A program made the position numbers and the translations under genes. This document shows, in pieces, positions 1-9,638 of a stretch of 45,353 nucleotides of DNA; the first letter of the stretch is position 1, and every line of letters begins with the position of its first letter. The notes beneath the pieces are model-generated. The model had not been told where the DNA came from. It saw only the letters and a list, made by a program, of their open reading frames with translations, and made no database searches. Source of the stretch: an uncultured Rikenellaceae bacterium (lineage in GTDB: Bacteria > Bacteroidota > Bacteroidia > Bacteroidales > Rikenellaceae); assembly GCA_964370955.1 (NCBI GenBank), contig CAYJLL010000001.1:1-45353 (forward strand). The letters run 5' to 3'.

Positions 1-1
1 T

Positions 2-1441
2 GCTTTGGAGTTGGTCACACAAGAACACTTCGATTTGATTATCCTCGATGAGATGATGCCTGGAATCACAGGTCGTGAAACTCTCTCTCGCCTGAAGGAG
101 ATAAACCCAACTGTGCCTGTTGTGATGGTAACCAAATCTGAGCAGGAATCCATTATGGATAGAGCTGTGGGAAGCAAAATTGCTGACTATTTGATAAAGC
201 CAGTGAATCCAAATCAGGTTTTGCTGTCGATCAAAAAAATCGTCCACTCTCAAGAGCTCGTCACTCAACAGACCACCACCGACTATCGTCAGCAATTTGG
301 CGAGATTACCAGCTCGCTATCCTCAGCTTCATCTTTCGAAGACTGGCAGGCGATCTATAAAAAACTGATGGGTTGGGATGTGGAGCTTGGAGGCTCATCG
401 GATAAGAGCGTGAGCGAGATACTCCAATACCAAAAAACCGAAGCCCATTCTGAGTTTGCAAAGTTTGTCAAGCGCAATTATTTGGATTGGTTTGACGACA
501 CAAACCCCGAACGCCCAACGCTTTCTCATACTCTTTTGCGCACTAAACTCTTTCCGGTTGTCGATAAATCACAAAAAACAACTATGTTTTTGATCGATAA
601 CTTCCGCTATGACCAATGGTTGGTGGTGCGTTCGTTGCTCACGCCATATTTTGACATTGAAAAAGAGGATTTCTATTGCTCGATACTTCCAACTGCCACC
701 CAATATGCCCGAAATTCTATTTTTGCGGGGCTGACCCCTTTGGCTATTTCTAGGATTGCTCCCGAACTGTGGGTTAATGAGACAGAGGATGACGGGAAGA
801 ATAAATACGAGCACGAACTATTGCAAAGACAATTGCGCACGGCTGGAAAAAACTACAAACTATCATTCGATAAAATTGTCCGCCAAGAATCAGGCAAGCA
901 GCTCCTCGATAATATGGATAGGATCTATAATGCCGATCTTTCGGTTATTGTCTATAACTTCTTGGATATTCTTTCCCACGCTCGCACCGAAACCGAAATT
1001 ATTCGTGAATTGGCCGACGATGAGGCGGCTTTCCGCAGCCTTACTCGCTCGTGGTTCGAACACTCAGACCTGTTGGAGATGATGCGACGTGTGGCAGCCA
1101 AGGGACATAAAATCGTTATCACCTCAGACCACGGCACCGTGAGGGTCGATAACCCCATTAAGGTGGTGGGCGATCGTGAGACCTCGACCAACCTGCGCTA
1201 TAAGATGGGGCGCAACCTTAACTACAAGGAGAAGGATGTGTTTGCCATCACCAAACCAGAGTTAGCTCACCTTCCGAAGGTGAATATCTCATCGAGCTAT
1301 ATCTTTGCGACCTCGCGTGACTTCTTGGTCTACCCCAATAACTACAATCATTTTGTGCGCTACTACAAAAACACCTTCCAACACGGAGGTATCTCCATGG
1401 AGGAAATGATAGTGCCTTTTATAACTCTAAACCCCAAATAA
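2..1441 (+). CDS. porX: PorX-type response regulator (receiver domain + PglZ/alkaline-phosphatase-superfamily domain), 5'-truncated by the window edge
   Basis: Receiver motifs IILDEMMPG, VMVTKS and YLIKP. PglZ motifs IDNFRYDQW, SILPTATQYARN, TSDHG and FQHGG. Lies directly upstream of tsaE, as is usual in Bacteroidota. The frame is open from base 2, so the TTG at 5 is probably not the true start. Confidence 0.92.
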   Translation, partial: ALELVTQEHFDLIILDEMMPGITGRETLSRLKEINPTVPVVMVTKSEQESIMDRAVGSKIADYLIKPVNPNQVLLSIKKIVHSQELVTQQTTTDYRQQFGEITSSLSSASSFEDWQAIYKKLMGWDVELGGSSDKSVSEILQYQKTEAHSEFAKFVKRNYLDWFDDTNPERPTLSHTLLRTKLFPVVDKSQKTTMFLIDNFRYDQWLVVRSLLTPYFDIEKEDFYCSILPTATQYARNSIFAGLTPLAISRIAPELWVNETEDDGKNKYEHELLQRQLRTAGKNYKLSFDKIVRQESGKQLLDNMDRIYNADLSVIVYNFLDILSHARTETEIIRELADDEAAFRSLTRSWFEHSDLLEMMRRVAAKGHKIVITSDHGTVRVDNPIKVVGDRETSTNLRYKMGRNLNYKEKDVFAITKPELAHLPKVNISSSYIFATSRDFLVYPNNYNHFVRYYKNTFQHGGISMEEMIVPFITLNPK

Positions 1442-1461
1442 CAAAGTCCTAAAGATAGTAT

Positions 1462-1908
1462 ATGGATACACAAGCATTGAAAATTGAGCGCGAGATGAGC
1501 ATCAAAAATCAGAATGATCTGGATATGGTTGCTCGTTGGATTCTAGAACTCACCGCTGAGTTGAACACAAACGTGGTGGCTTTCTATGGTGAGATGGGTA
1601 GTGGCAAGACTACTCTGATAGCTGAGATAGCTCGTCTTATGGAGGTCGATCAAACCCCCTCAAGCCCAACTTTTGCACTAGTGAATGACTATAGCAATGT
1701 CGAAGGTTCGGTGATTCACCATTTTGACTTTTATCGCATTAACAGTCCATCTGAGGTTTTTGATCTAGGCTATCAGGACTACTTCTATAGTGAGAACTTG
1801 TGTCTTTTGGAATGGCCCGAGCTGATCGAACAACTCCTGCCCGAGGCGACCCTTCGCATTAAGATTAAGGTTGCGGGTGAACACAGTCGTGAATATTCAG
1901 TTTTATAA
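1462..1908 (+). CDS. tsaE: tRNA threonylcarbamoyladenosine biosynthesis ATPase TsaE (YjeE)
   Basis: Walker A GEMGSGKT, SPTFALVNDY, HFDFYRI and LLEWPE motifs; 148 aa. Confidence 0.95.
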   Translation: MDTQALKIEREMSIKNQNDLDMVARWILELTAELNTNVVAFYGEMGSGKTTLIAEIARLMEVDQTPSSPTFALVNDYSNVEGSVIHHFDFYRINSPSEVFDLGYQDYFYSENLCLLEWPELIEQLLPEATLRIKIKVAGEHSREYSVL

Positions 1909-1922
1909 TAAGCTAGAAGAAT

Positions 1923-2864
1923 ATGAAAAAAACACTAACAATGCTATGCCTGCTGCTCTCGATTTCAGGATTTTCTCAAGCGCAAGACTGCCTGAAAAAA
2001 GGCATAGCTGCGATGGACGAGAGCGAAGCGAAAATTCAGTTGGAATTTCTAGCCTCCGATTTGTTGCAGGGGCGCAGGGGTGACACTCCCTATGGGAGAA
2101 TTGCAGCTCAGTATATAGCCTCGGAGTTGGAGGAGCTTGGCTATGAGCCACAGATTAGCCGTTTTACTCGCACTCTAAGACTCAGAAGCGGTGAGAGTAA
2201 AGAATTCTTTTTCCAGAATGTAGTTCTAACTATCCCCGGCGAGGACACCACTAAGAGTGTTTTCGTTGGGGCGCACTACGACCATATTGGGCTCGATCGA
2301 GAGGGTAATGTGTGTAACGGAGCTGATGATAATGCAAGCGGTGTTGTGGCTATGTTGCAAATCGCTCGTGCCATTAAAGAGTCGGGCGAGAAACCTGCGG
2401 TGAATATTAGCTTTGGATTTTGGGATGGCGAGGAAATGGGACTGCTCGGTTCATTTGCCTACGTACAATTCTTGGGCGATAAGACAGAGGGTATCAGAGA
2501 TTATATAAACCTCGATATGATAGGCCGCAACAAAGAGGGGCAAGACCCATCGTCGGCTGGTTTTATGTATGTGAAGGCAAAGAAACGATATGTTGAGCTG
2601 GTGGATGAGATTATAGATGAATTTTCGTTTGAGAATGTCACCCCTAATTATCTTCCTATGAAAAAACTCGCAGGCAATAGCGATCATGCACCTTTTGCAC
2701 AAAAAGGCATACCCGTGATTTTTTGGCACACAGGCGTCCACCCTGACTATCACAAGGCTACCGATACTGCCGAAAAACTTAATTGGCCAAAGATTATGGA
2801 TATAGCGCGTGTGAACTATGTGCTGCTTTGGAGACTAGCTCAAGACGCTGCTTTAATCAAATAA
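1923..2864 (+). CDS. M28 family metallopeptidase, secreted (paralog 1)
   Basis: Signal peptide; GAHYDHIG, NGADDNASG, WDGEEMGLLGS, NLDMIGR, SDHAPF, HPDYH. Confidence 0.9.
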   Translation: MKKTLTMLCLLLSISGFSQAQDCLKKGIAAMDESEAKIQLEFLASDLLQGRRGDTPYGRIAAQYIASELEELGYEPQISRFTRTLRLRSGESKEFFFQNVVLTIPGEDTTKSVFVGAHYDHIGLDREGNVCNGADDNASGVVAMLQIARAIKESGEKPAVNISFGFWDGEEMGLLGSFAYVQFLGDKTEGIRDYINLDMIGRNKEGQDPSSAGFMYVKAKKRYVELVDEIIDEFSFENVTPNYLPMKKLAGNSDHAPFAQKGIPVIFWHTGVHPDYHKATDTAEKLNWPKIMDIARVNYVLLWRLAQDAALIK

Positions 2865-2898
2865 ATTTAACTTGAGCTATAAAAAAACACTATTATTT

Positions 2899-3858
2899 AT
2901 GAGAAAATTTATCTTAACACTATGCGTCTTTTGCTTTGGAATAAACCTTCTTAGTGCGCAAGACTTTTTGCAAAAAGGACTCGATGCAATGAGCGAGACC
3001 GAAGCTAGAGCACAGATGAAATTCTTAGCATCAGACGAAATGCAAGGCCGCTTTACTGGCACTCCCTTTGCAAAAATTTCAGCTGAATATATCGCCTCGG
3101 AGCTTAAAGAGCTAGGCTTCTCGCCCGAGATTATGGATTTCAAGGGCGTGAGTTTCGGAGAGGAAGGCGTAGACTATAAAAATCGTAAAAATAAAAAAGA
3201 GGTGGACATGCGCAATGTTCTTGCAACCATCAAGGGTAAGGATACCACTCGCAGCGTGATCCTAGGGGCGCACTATGACCACCTAGGGCTCGACTCATTG
3301 GGCAATGTGTTTAACGGAGCGGACGATAATGCTAGTGGAGTGGTGGTTGTGTTGCAGGTGGCTCGAGCACTCAAAGCCGCAGGAGAGACCCCTGATGTGA
3401 ATATTGTGTTGGCGTTTTGGGATGGCGAGGAAACAGGACTTAATGGCTCTAAATACTATGTGGAGCAATTGGAAGACACCATGGCAGTCAAAGCCTATGT
3501 AAATCTTGATATGGTGGGGCGCAACGACACTCCCGACAAACCCCAGAGAATCAGCTTTATCTACACCGAAGATGATGTTTTTCTCACAGAGCACTTCAGC
3601 GAGGTGATGGAGGATTATAAGTTTGAAGATTTAGCCCCCGACTATCGCCCAGTGAGCGATAAGATGCGAGGTAGCGACAATGCCTATTTCAATCAAAACG
3701 GTGTACCCATTGTGTTTTGGCACACAGGGGCTCACCCCGACTACCATAAAATAACCGACACAGCCGACAAACTCAATTGGGAGAAAATTATGGATTTATC
3801 TCGAGCCAACTATGTGTTTATGTGGGAGTTGGCAGAATATGCAGCAGAAATAAACTAA
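2899..3858 (+). CDS. M28 family metallopeptidase, secreted (paralog 2)
   Basis: Same motif set (GAHYDHLG, NGADDNASG, WDGEETGLNGS, NLDMVGR, HPDYH). ATG at 2899 (MRKFILTL... signal peptide) preferred over the TTG at 2872. Confidence 0.9.
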   Translation: MRKFILTLCVFCFGINLLSAQDFLQKGLDAMSETEARAQMKFLASDEMQGRFTGTPFAKISAEYIASELKELGFSPEIMDFKGVSFGEEGVDYKNRKNKKEVDMRNVLATIKGKDTTRSVILGAHYDHLGLDSLGNVFNGADDNASGVVVVLQVARALKAAGETPDVNIVLAFWDGEETGLNGSKYYVEQLEDTMAVKAYVNLDMVGRNDTPDKPQRISFIYTEDDVFLTEHFSEVMEDYKFEDLAPDYRPVSDKMRGSDNAYFNQNGVPIVFWHTGAHPDYHKITDTADKLNWEKIMDLSRANYVFMWELAEYAAEIN

Positions 3859-3889
3859 AAATATAAATAAACATTAATACAAGAAAAAC

Positions 3890-4891
3890 ATGAGCGAGAA
3901 TGTATCAATCGATATTAGAGCGCTAAATGAGAAAATCGAATCTCAGAGTGCATTTATCGATATTCTAACAATGGAAATTGGAAAGGTGATCGTGGGTCAA
4001 AAACATTTGGTCGAGAGCCTTATCATAGGCCTTTTGAGCAACGGACATATTCTTTTGGAAGGTGTCCCAGGTTTGGCTAAAACTCTTGCAATCAATACTC
4101 TAGCTGATGCCGTGGATGCGCAGTTCTCGAGAATTCAGTTTACTCCCGACCTTCTACCTGCCGACCTTACAGGTACGATGATTTATAGCCAAAAGCAAGA
4201 GGAATTCCGTGTGAAAAAAGGACCTATCTTCGCAAACTTTGTTTTGGCAGATGAGATCAACCGTTCTCCAGCCAAAGTGCAAGCAGCCCTACTTGAGGCG
4301 ATGCAGGAGCGTCAAGTGACTATCGGCGATGAGAGTTTCCCTCTTCCTAAGCCTTTCCTTGTGATGGCAACCCAAAACCCCATCGAACAAGAGGGTACCT
4401 ACCCACTTCCTGAGGCGCAGGTAGACCGTTTTATGCTGAAAGTCAAGATTGGTTACCCAACTAAAGCGGAAGAAAAACAAATTATCCGCCAAAACCTCTT
4501 GGGGCAGTTCCCAAAGGCAAAACCAGTTATCACAACGGCCGAGATTGAGCGCGCACGTGAGATCGTGGGTGAGGTGTATATGGACGAGAAGATTGAGCGT
4601 TATATTGTGGATATAGTCTTTGCCACTCGCGAGCCTAAGAACTATGATCTAGATAAACTAGCAGTGATGATAGGCTATGGTTGTTCGCCACGTGCGTCTA
4701 TCTCGCTAGCTAAAGCGGCTAAGGCTTATGCTTTCATCAAGCGCAGAGGCTATGTGATCCCTGAGGATGTTCGTGCAGTGTGTCACGATGTGCTTCGCCA
4801 TCGTATCGGTCTGACCTATGAGGCGGAGGCCGAAAACATCACCACCGAAGATGTTATCACAGAGATTCTAAACAGCGTAGAGGTACCCTAG
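3890..4891 (+). CDS. moxR: MoxR family AAA+ ATPase
   Basis: HILLEGVPGLAKT (Walker A), RIQFTPDLLPAD, LADEINR (Walker B), ATQNPIEQEGTYPLPEAQVDRF. Confidence 0.96.
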   Translation: MSENVSIDIRALNEKIESQSAFIDILTMEIGKVIVGQKHLVESLIIGLLSNGHILLEGVPGLAKTLAINTLADAVDAQFSRIQFTPDLLPADLTGTMIYSQKQEEFRVKKGPIFANFVLADEINRSPAKVQAALLEAMQERQVTIGDESFPLPKPFLVMATQNPIEQEGTYPLPEAQVDRFMLKVKIGYPTKAEEKQIIRQNLLGQFPKAKPVITTAEIERAREIVGEVYMDEKIERYIVDIVFATREPKNYDLDKLAVMIGYGCSPRASISLAKAAKAYAFIKRRGYVIPEDVRAVCHDVLRHRIGLTYEAEAENITTEDVITEILNSVEVP

Positions 4892-4919
4892 TGGGGCTTA
4901 GTGTTTCAAAGCTAGAGAT

Positions 4920-5804
4920 ATGAATAAAGAAGAGCTAATAAAAAAAGTTCGCAAGATAGAGATAAAGACCAAAGGACTGAGCCACGATATATTCTCGGGT
5001 AAGTACCATTCGGCTTTCAAGGGGCGAGGTATGTCCTTTAGCGAGGTGCGTGACTATAGAGAGGGCGATGATATTCGTGATATCGATTGGAATGTGACTG
5101 CTCGTTCGGGCGATACCTATATTAAGGTCTATGAGGAGGAGCGCGAACTGACCATGATGTTGGTTGTTGATGTGAGTGGTAGTGGCCATTTTGGTAGTCG
5201 TGGATCTTTGAAGCGCGATATGATGTGTGAGGTGGCAGCAACTTTGGCTTTTGCCGCTGCGGCCAATAACGACAAGGTGGGCTGTCTGCTTTTTACCGAT
5301 CAGGTAGAAAAATATGTGCCACCCAAGAAAGGTCGCCAACACGTGCTGCGAATTATTTCCGATTTGTTGGACTACGAACCCCAGAGTCGCTCGACTGATG
5401 TGGCTGTGCCTTTGCAATTCCTATCTAGTGTTCTCAAGAAACGAGCAACTACTTTTGTGCTTTCCGACTTTATGGATGTCGATCTACAGCAGAGCAAGGT
5501 GCGCTTCGAGGAGGCTCTAAAGATAGCTTCTTCCAAACACGACCTTGTTGCGCTGAGATTCTACGATGTGCGTGAGGGCGAAATGCCTAATGTGGGGATG
5601 GTGGAATTTGCCGATTCGGAAACAGGCAAAAAATGCTGGGTCGACACCTCATCTAAAAAAGTGAGAGAGCGCTATCGCGAGACTGCAGCACGCAGACGAG
5701 AGATTATTAAAGACTCTTTCATGCGAAATAGAGTCGATTCGGTGGCACTAGCCACTGATGGAGATTATGTAACAGATTTGATAAGATTATTCAAAAAGCG
5801 ATGA
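4920..5804 (+). CDS. DUF58 domain protein (VWA-like MoxR partner)
   Basis: GRGMSFSEVRDY, DIRDIDWNVTAR, YEEERE, VDVSGS, LSDF; directly follows moxR. Confidence 0.93.
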   Translation: MNKEELIKKVRKIEIKTKGLSHDIFSGKYHSAFKGRGMSFSEVRDYREGDDIRDIDWNVTARSGDTYIKVYEEERELTMMLVVDVSGSGHFGSRGSLKRDMMCEVAATLAFAAAANNDKVGCLLFTDQVEKYVPPKKGRQHVLRIISDLLDYEPQSRSTDVAVPLQFLSSVLKKRATTFVLSDFMDVDLQQSKVRFEEALKIASSKHDLVALRFYDVREGEMPNVGMVEFADSETGKKCWVDTSSKKVRERYRETAARRREIIKDSFMRNRVDSVALATDGDYVTDLIRLFKKR

Positions 5805-6814
5805 TAAAACGTTGTTTTCTAATATTGGGTGTAGCCCTTTTGTGTATGCCACTTTTGTGGGCACAACACCGAGTGGGCACTGTCTCTAGCTCGGTGAGCG
5901 CTGACACCGTAATGATAGGCGATCAATTCACCCTGAGTGTTGAGATCGAGAAAGATATCTCAGGGGAGGTGGGACTGCCGCAGTTCAAGGACGATATGTT
6001 GATGGAGAAAATCGAGGTCTTGGGCCAACCAACCGTCGACACCCTTAGCGTGGATGGCCGTAGTGTGAAGCTACGCATCAACTACACTCTGACTTCTTTC
6101 GATGCAGGGATGTATGGCTTTACGGGTTTTCCCGTAGTGTTTATGGACGATGCAAAAGCAAGCTCTGGCGATACTGTGCGTTCGGCAAGCATGGATATGC
6201 TAGTGGTACAGACCTTTGATATTGACACCACCAAGATGCAGATCTATGACATCAAACCCCAGATGCAGACTCCTTTTATCATGGATGAGATTTGGGATTT
6301 CATTGCTCGCCACAAATGGGCATTCATTGCGGGCGGAGTATTTGCTCTGCTTTTGGCGTGGGGTATTTTCGAGTGGCTGCGTCGCCGCAAACGTGCTGCA
6401 AAAGCTGAAAAACCACAACTTCCACCCCACATTACCGCTATGATAGCTCTCGAGCAGCTGCGAGGTAAGATGTTGTGGCAGGGAGGTAAAGTCAAGGAAT
6501 ATTACTCTGAACTCTCAGACATCCTTCGTGAGTATATCGAAGGTCGCTATGGCATAGAGACTATGGAGATGACCAGCGCAGAGATTCTCTCGAAGCTCTC
6601 AAAAGAGGTGGAATGTGCAGAGAAAGAACAGCGTCGAGCCAAGGAATTTTTCGAGATTGCCGATCTTGCAAAGTTTGCGAAATTTACGCCCTCGCCTGTT
6701 GATTGCTCCGAGTCGTTCGAGGGGGTTAGCCATTTTGTGGACTCCACTAAGGTACTCATTAAGGAGCAGCCTCAAAATGAGGAACTTGATGTAAAATCTG
6801 AAACGAATAACTAA
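5801..6814 (+). CDS. Conserved bat-operon membrane protein (signal peptide, central TM helix, C-terminal helical domain)
   Basis: ATGA overlap with DUF58; TM segment WAFIAGGVFALLLAWGIF followed by RRRKR; C-terminal KEYYSELSDILREYIE...ADLAKFAK, typical of the gene after DUF58 in bat operons. Confidence 0.8.
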   Translation: MIKRCFLILGVALLCMPLLWAQHRVGTVSSSVSADTVMIGDQFTLSVEIEKDISGEVGLPQFKDDMLMEKIEVLGQPTVDTLSVDGRSVKLRINYTLTSFDAGMYGFTGFPVVFMDDAKASSGDTVRSASMDMLVVQTFDIDTTKMQIYDIKPQMQTPFIMDEIWDFIARHKWAFIAGGVFALLLAWGIFEWLRRRKRAAKAEKPQLPPHITAMIALEQLRGKMLWQGGKVKEYYSELSDILREYIEGRYGIETMEMTSAEILSKLSKEVECAEKEQRRAKEFFEIADLAKFAKFTPSPVDCSESFEGVSHFVDSTKVLIKEQPQNEELDVKSETNN

Positions 6815-6815
6815 G

Positions 6816-7529
6816 ATGAAAAATCTAATATTTATAGTGTTTTTAATGTCTCTCGCCCTTAGCGCAAGCGCTCAGAGCGAACGTAGCGATATTCGTCGAG
6901 GCAACCGCCTTTTCGAACAAGGAAAATACCCCGAAGCTGAAACCGCCTATAAGCAGGCACAAGGCAAAAGTGTACAAAGCCTTGAGGCGCAGTATAATCT
7001 CGGAGGCGCACTTTATAAACAAAGCCGCTGGGAGGAAGCCGCTACTGCCTATGGCAAACTAGCCGAAACCACCACTGGCGAGGCCTCAAGCGAGAGTCTC
7101 TACAACTTAGGCAATAGCCATATGCAGATGCGCAAACTGGACGAGGCTATCGAGAGCTACAAGTCGGCTCTGAGGGCTAACCCTTCGGACATGCAGGCAA
7201 AGTTTAACCTTGCCTATGCCCAAAAACTGAAAGAGGAGGAAGATAAGAAGAACGATCAAAATCAGGATCAAAACCAAGATCAGAATCAAGACCAGAATCA
7301 GGACCAAAATCAAGATCAGAACCAAGACAAGCAAGATCAAGATAAGGACAAAGGTCAAAACGACAAGGACAAACAAGATCAGCAGGATAAGCAACAACAG
7401 CAACAACAATCTCGAAAAGAGAGTGAACAGATGCTCCAAGCGATTCAAGCTGCTGAGGATAAAACCAAAGAAAAGGTCGATAAGAAAGAGGCCGAGGTTG
7501 TGGGTGTTTCCTCTGGCAAACAATGGTAG
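6816..7529 (+). CDS. batC: BatC-like TPR protein with Q/D/N-rich linker
   Basis: Signal peptide; TPRs (YNLGGALY, YNLGNSHM, YKSALRANP..AKFNLAYA); low-complexity Q/D/N tract; C-terminal Trp. Confidence 0.85.
   Translation: MKNLIFIVFLMSLALSASAQSERSDIRRGNRLFEQGKYPEAETAYKQAQGKSVQSLEAQYNLGGALYKQSRWEEAATAYGKLAETTTGEASSESLYNLGNSHMQMRKLDEAIESYKSALRANPSDMQAKFNLAYAQKLKEEEDKKNDQNQDQNQDQNQDQNQDQNQDQNQDKQDQDKDKGQNDKDKQDQQDKQQQQQQSRKESEQMLQAIQAAEDKTKEKVDKKEAEVVGVSSGKQW
7254..7325 (+). repeat. Six tandem 12-bp units encoding (DQNQ)6 inside batC
   Basis: gatcaaaatcag/gatcaaaaccaa/gatcagaatcaa/gaccagaatcag/gaccaaaatcaa/gatcagaaccaa. Confidence 0.95.
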
Positions 7530-7585
7530 TGCCCCAGCGCGCGAGGCATGTTGAGGCATCTTTTAACGAAATAAACGAATAAAAA

Positions 7586-8587
7586 ATGTTTGATAATATA
7601 ACAAAATTTGAAAACCCCAACCTGTTGTGGCTATTGGTCGTTTTGGTGCCCATGATAGCCTACTACATCTATCGCACGATGCAGGGGCGGGCAGCAATTA
7701 CGCTTTCTACCACCGAGGGGTTCGATGGTGGGGGTAAAAGCCTGAATTACTATCTGCGCCACATTCTGTTTGTTTTGAGGATGGCGGCAGTGGCTTTGGT
7801 GATTTTTTGTTTGGCTCGCCCCTTGAGCTCCGAGGATCACAGCAAGACCAACTCTGAGGGTATAGACATAGTGCTGGCTTTGGATATTTCAAGCTCTATG
7901 CTTGCGCGAGATTTCACGCCCGACCGTTTTAGGGCGGCTAAGGATATTAGCTCTAAGTTTATTATTGATAGACCCACAGACCGCATAGGCCTAGTAATTT
8001 TTGCTGGCGAGGCTTTCACACAAGTGCCCATCACCACAGACCACCTCTCGTTGGTGAATATGCTCTCGGCGGTTGAGATGGGGGTGATAGACGATGGAAC
8101 GGCAATAGGCAACGGACTTGCAACGGCAGTGAATCGCCTCAAGGAGAGCGATGCACCTAGCCGTGTGGTGGTTCTACTGACCGATGGAGTGAATAACTCT
8201 GGCCAAATTGACCCCGTCTCGGCGGCGGCTATTGCCAAGGAGTTTGGCATTAGGGTCTATACTATAGGCGTGGGCTCTGAGGGTACTGCTCTAACCCCTG
8301 CGCTCGATGAGTGGGGTAATCTGGTTTTACAACGGGCGAAGGTTGAGATAGACGAAGAGCTACTCACCGACATAGCCCAGCAGACGGGCGGACAGTATTA
8401 TCGTGCAACTGACAATACTAAACTTGCCGAAATTTATGCCGAGATTAACCAATTGGAAAAAGCCAAAGTCGAGGTTGAGAGTTTTACCAAATATGACCAA
8501 CTCTACAAACCCTATCTACTTGCCGCACTATTGTTGTTGGTGGTTGAAATGCTAATGCGCTACTGTTATTTCCGTCAATTACCCTAA
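7586..8587 (+). CDS. batA: BatA VWA domain membrane protein
   Basis: N-terminal BatA segment (FENPNLLWLL..LARP); MIDAS DISSSM; GTAIGNGL; LLTDGVNN; YTIGVG. Confidence 0.92.
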   Translation: MFDNITKFENPNLLWLLVVLVPMIAYYIYRTMQGRAAITLSTTEGFDGGGKSLNYYLRHILFVLRMAAVALVIFCLARPLSSEDHSKTNSEGIDIVLALDISSSMLARDFTPDRFRAAKDISSKFIIDRPTDRIGLVIFAGEAFTQVPITTDHLSLVNMLSAVEMGVIDDGTAIGNGLATAVNRLKESDAPSRVVVLLTDGVNNSGQIDPVSAAAIAKEFGIRVYTIGVGSEGTALTPALDEWGNLVLQRAKVEIDEELLTDIAQQTGGQYYRATDNTKLAEIYAEINQLEKAKVEVESFTKYDQLYKPYLLAALLLLVVEMLMRYCYFRQLP

Positions 8588-8603
8588 AAGTTATTAAAAA
8601 GAT

Positions 8604-9617
8604 ATGTTTAGATTCGCAGAACCTATATATTTATATTTCTTGGCGCTCATCCCCGTGATGATGCTAGTGTTTTGGCTCTTCCGCCGAGGGCAACGCAAAC
8701 GATTAGCACGCTTTGGCGATAGTGCCATTGTTATGGGCTTGATGAAAGAGGCCTCGCCTCGAAGAGTGGGCTATAAATTCGTGTTACTTTTGGGTGTTAT
8801 TCTGTTTCTGAGTGTAGCTTTGGCGCAACCTCAGATTGGCTCTAAGCTCAAAGAAGTAAAACGTGAGGGTGTCGAGATTATTCTTGCGGTGGATGTTAGT
8901 AACTCAATGATGGCAGAAGATTTTACGCCCAATCGCTTAGAGCGCACCAAATATGCAGTGGGGCAACTGGTCGAAAAACTCGATAAAGACCGTGTGGGTA
9001 TGGTGGTTTTTGCTGGCAATGCCTATGTGCAGCTACCAGTGACCTCGGACTATATATCGGCCAAGAGTTTTATCCGTTCTCTCTCCCCCTCTATGGTTCC
9101 TCAGCAGGGAACTTCGCTCTCGAAAGCAATTGAGGTTGCCTCTCGTTCTTTTTCGTCTCAGAGCGAACGCTCACGTGCTATTATCCTTATCACCGATGGT
9201 GAGAGCCACGAAGACGACCCTCTTGCAGCTGCTCAAGCAGCAAAGGATGCTGGTGTGGTTATCTACACCGTGGGTATAGGAACGCCCGAAGGAGCTCCTA
9301 TTTCCATCGACGGGGAGATGATAAAAGATGAAAACGACCAAATGGTGGTGAGTCGCCTTGACGAAGAGACCCTCCAGCAAATTGCTGTTCTAACTGGTGG
9401 TGCCTATGTGCGAGCCTCAGAGCAGAGTGTGGGTTTGGATAAAATATTGTCTGAGATTAATAAGATGCAGACCCAAGAGTTTAGTTCTATGGTTTTCGAG
9501 GAATATGCCGATAGGTTTCACTATCTAGCCGCTATTGCACTATTGCTGATGATGGCGGAATTTTTGATGATTGACCGCAAGAATCGTATCTTTGCCAAGA
9601 TTAAAGTTTTTAAATAG
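8604..9617 (+). CDS. batB: BatB VWA domain membrane protein
   Basis: MFRFAEP start; LAQPQIG; MIDAS DVSNSM; PNRLER; ITDGESHE. Confidence 0.9.
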   Translation: MFRFAEPIYLYFLALIPVMMLVFWLFRRGQRKRLARFGDSAIVMGLMKEASPRRVGYKFVLLLGVILFLSVALAQPQIGSKLKEVKREGVEIILAVDVSNSMMAEDFTPNRLERTKYAVGQLVEKLDKDRVGMVVFAGNAYVQLPVTSDYISAKSFIRSLSPSMVPQQGTSLSKAIEVASRSFSSQSERSRAIILITDGESHEDDPLAAAQAAKDAGVVIYTVGIGTPEGAPISIDGEMIKDENDQMVVSRLDEETLQQIAVLTGGAYVRASEQSVGLDKILSEINKMQTQEFSSMVFEEYADRFHYLAAIALLLMMAEFLMIDRKNRIFAKIKVFK

Positions 9618-9638
9618 ACCTCAATTTATTAGAGAAAT

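Noticed and set aside
2..1441. PglZ domain as a sign of a BREX defence system
   Set aside because: It is fused to a receiver domain and sits next to tsaE (PorX architecture); no brxC, pglX or brxL genes are present.
7254..7325. Periodic repeat as a possible CRISPR array or contingency locus
   Set aside because: The units are in-frame 12-mers with no spacers, there are no cas genes, and the units are not identical.
7107..7653. Minus-strand ORFs of 150 and 149 aa, one extremely Leu/Ile/Val-rich
   Set aside because: They are antisense readings of the batC Q/D/N repeat; the hydrophobic run is a reverse-complement artefact.
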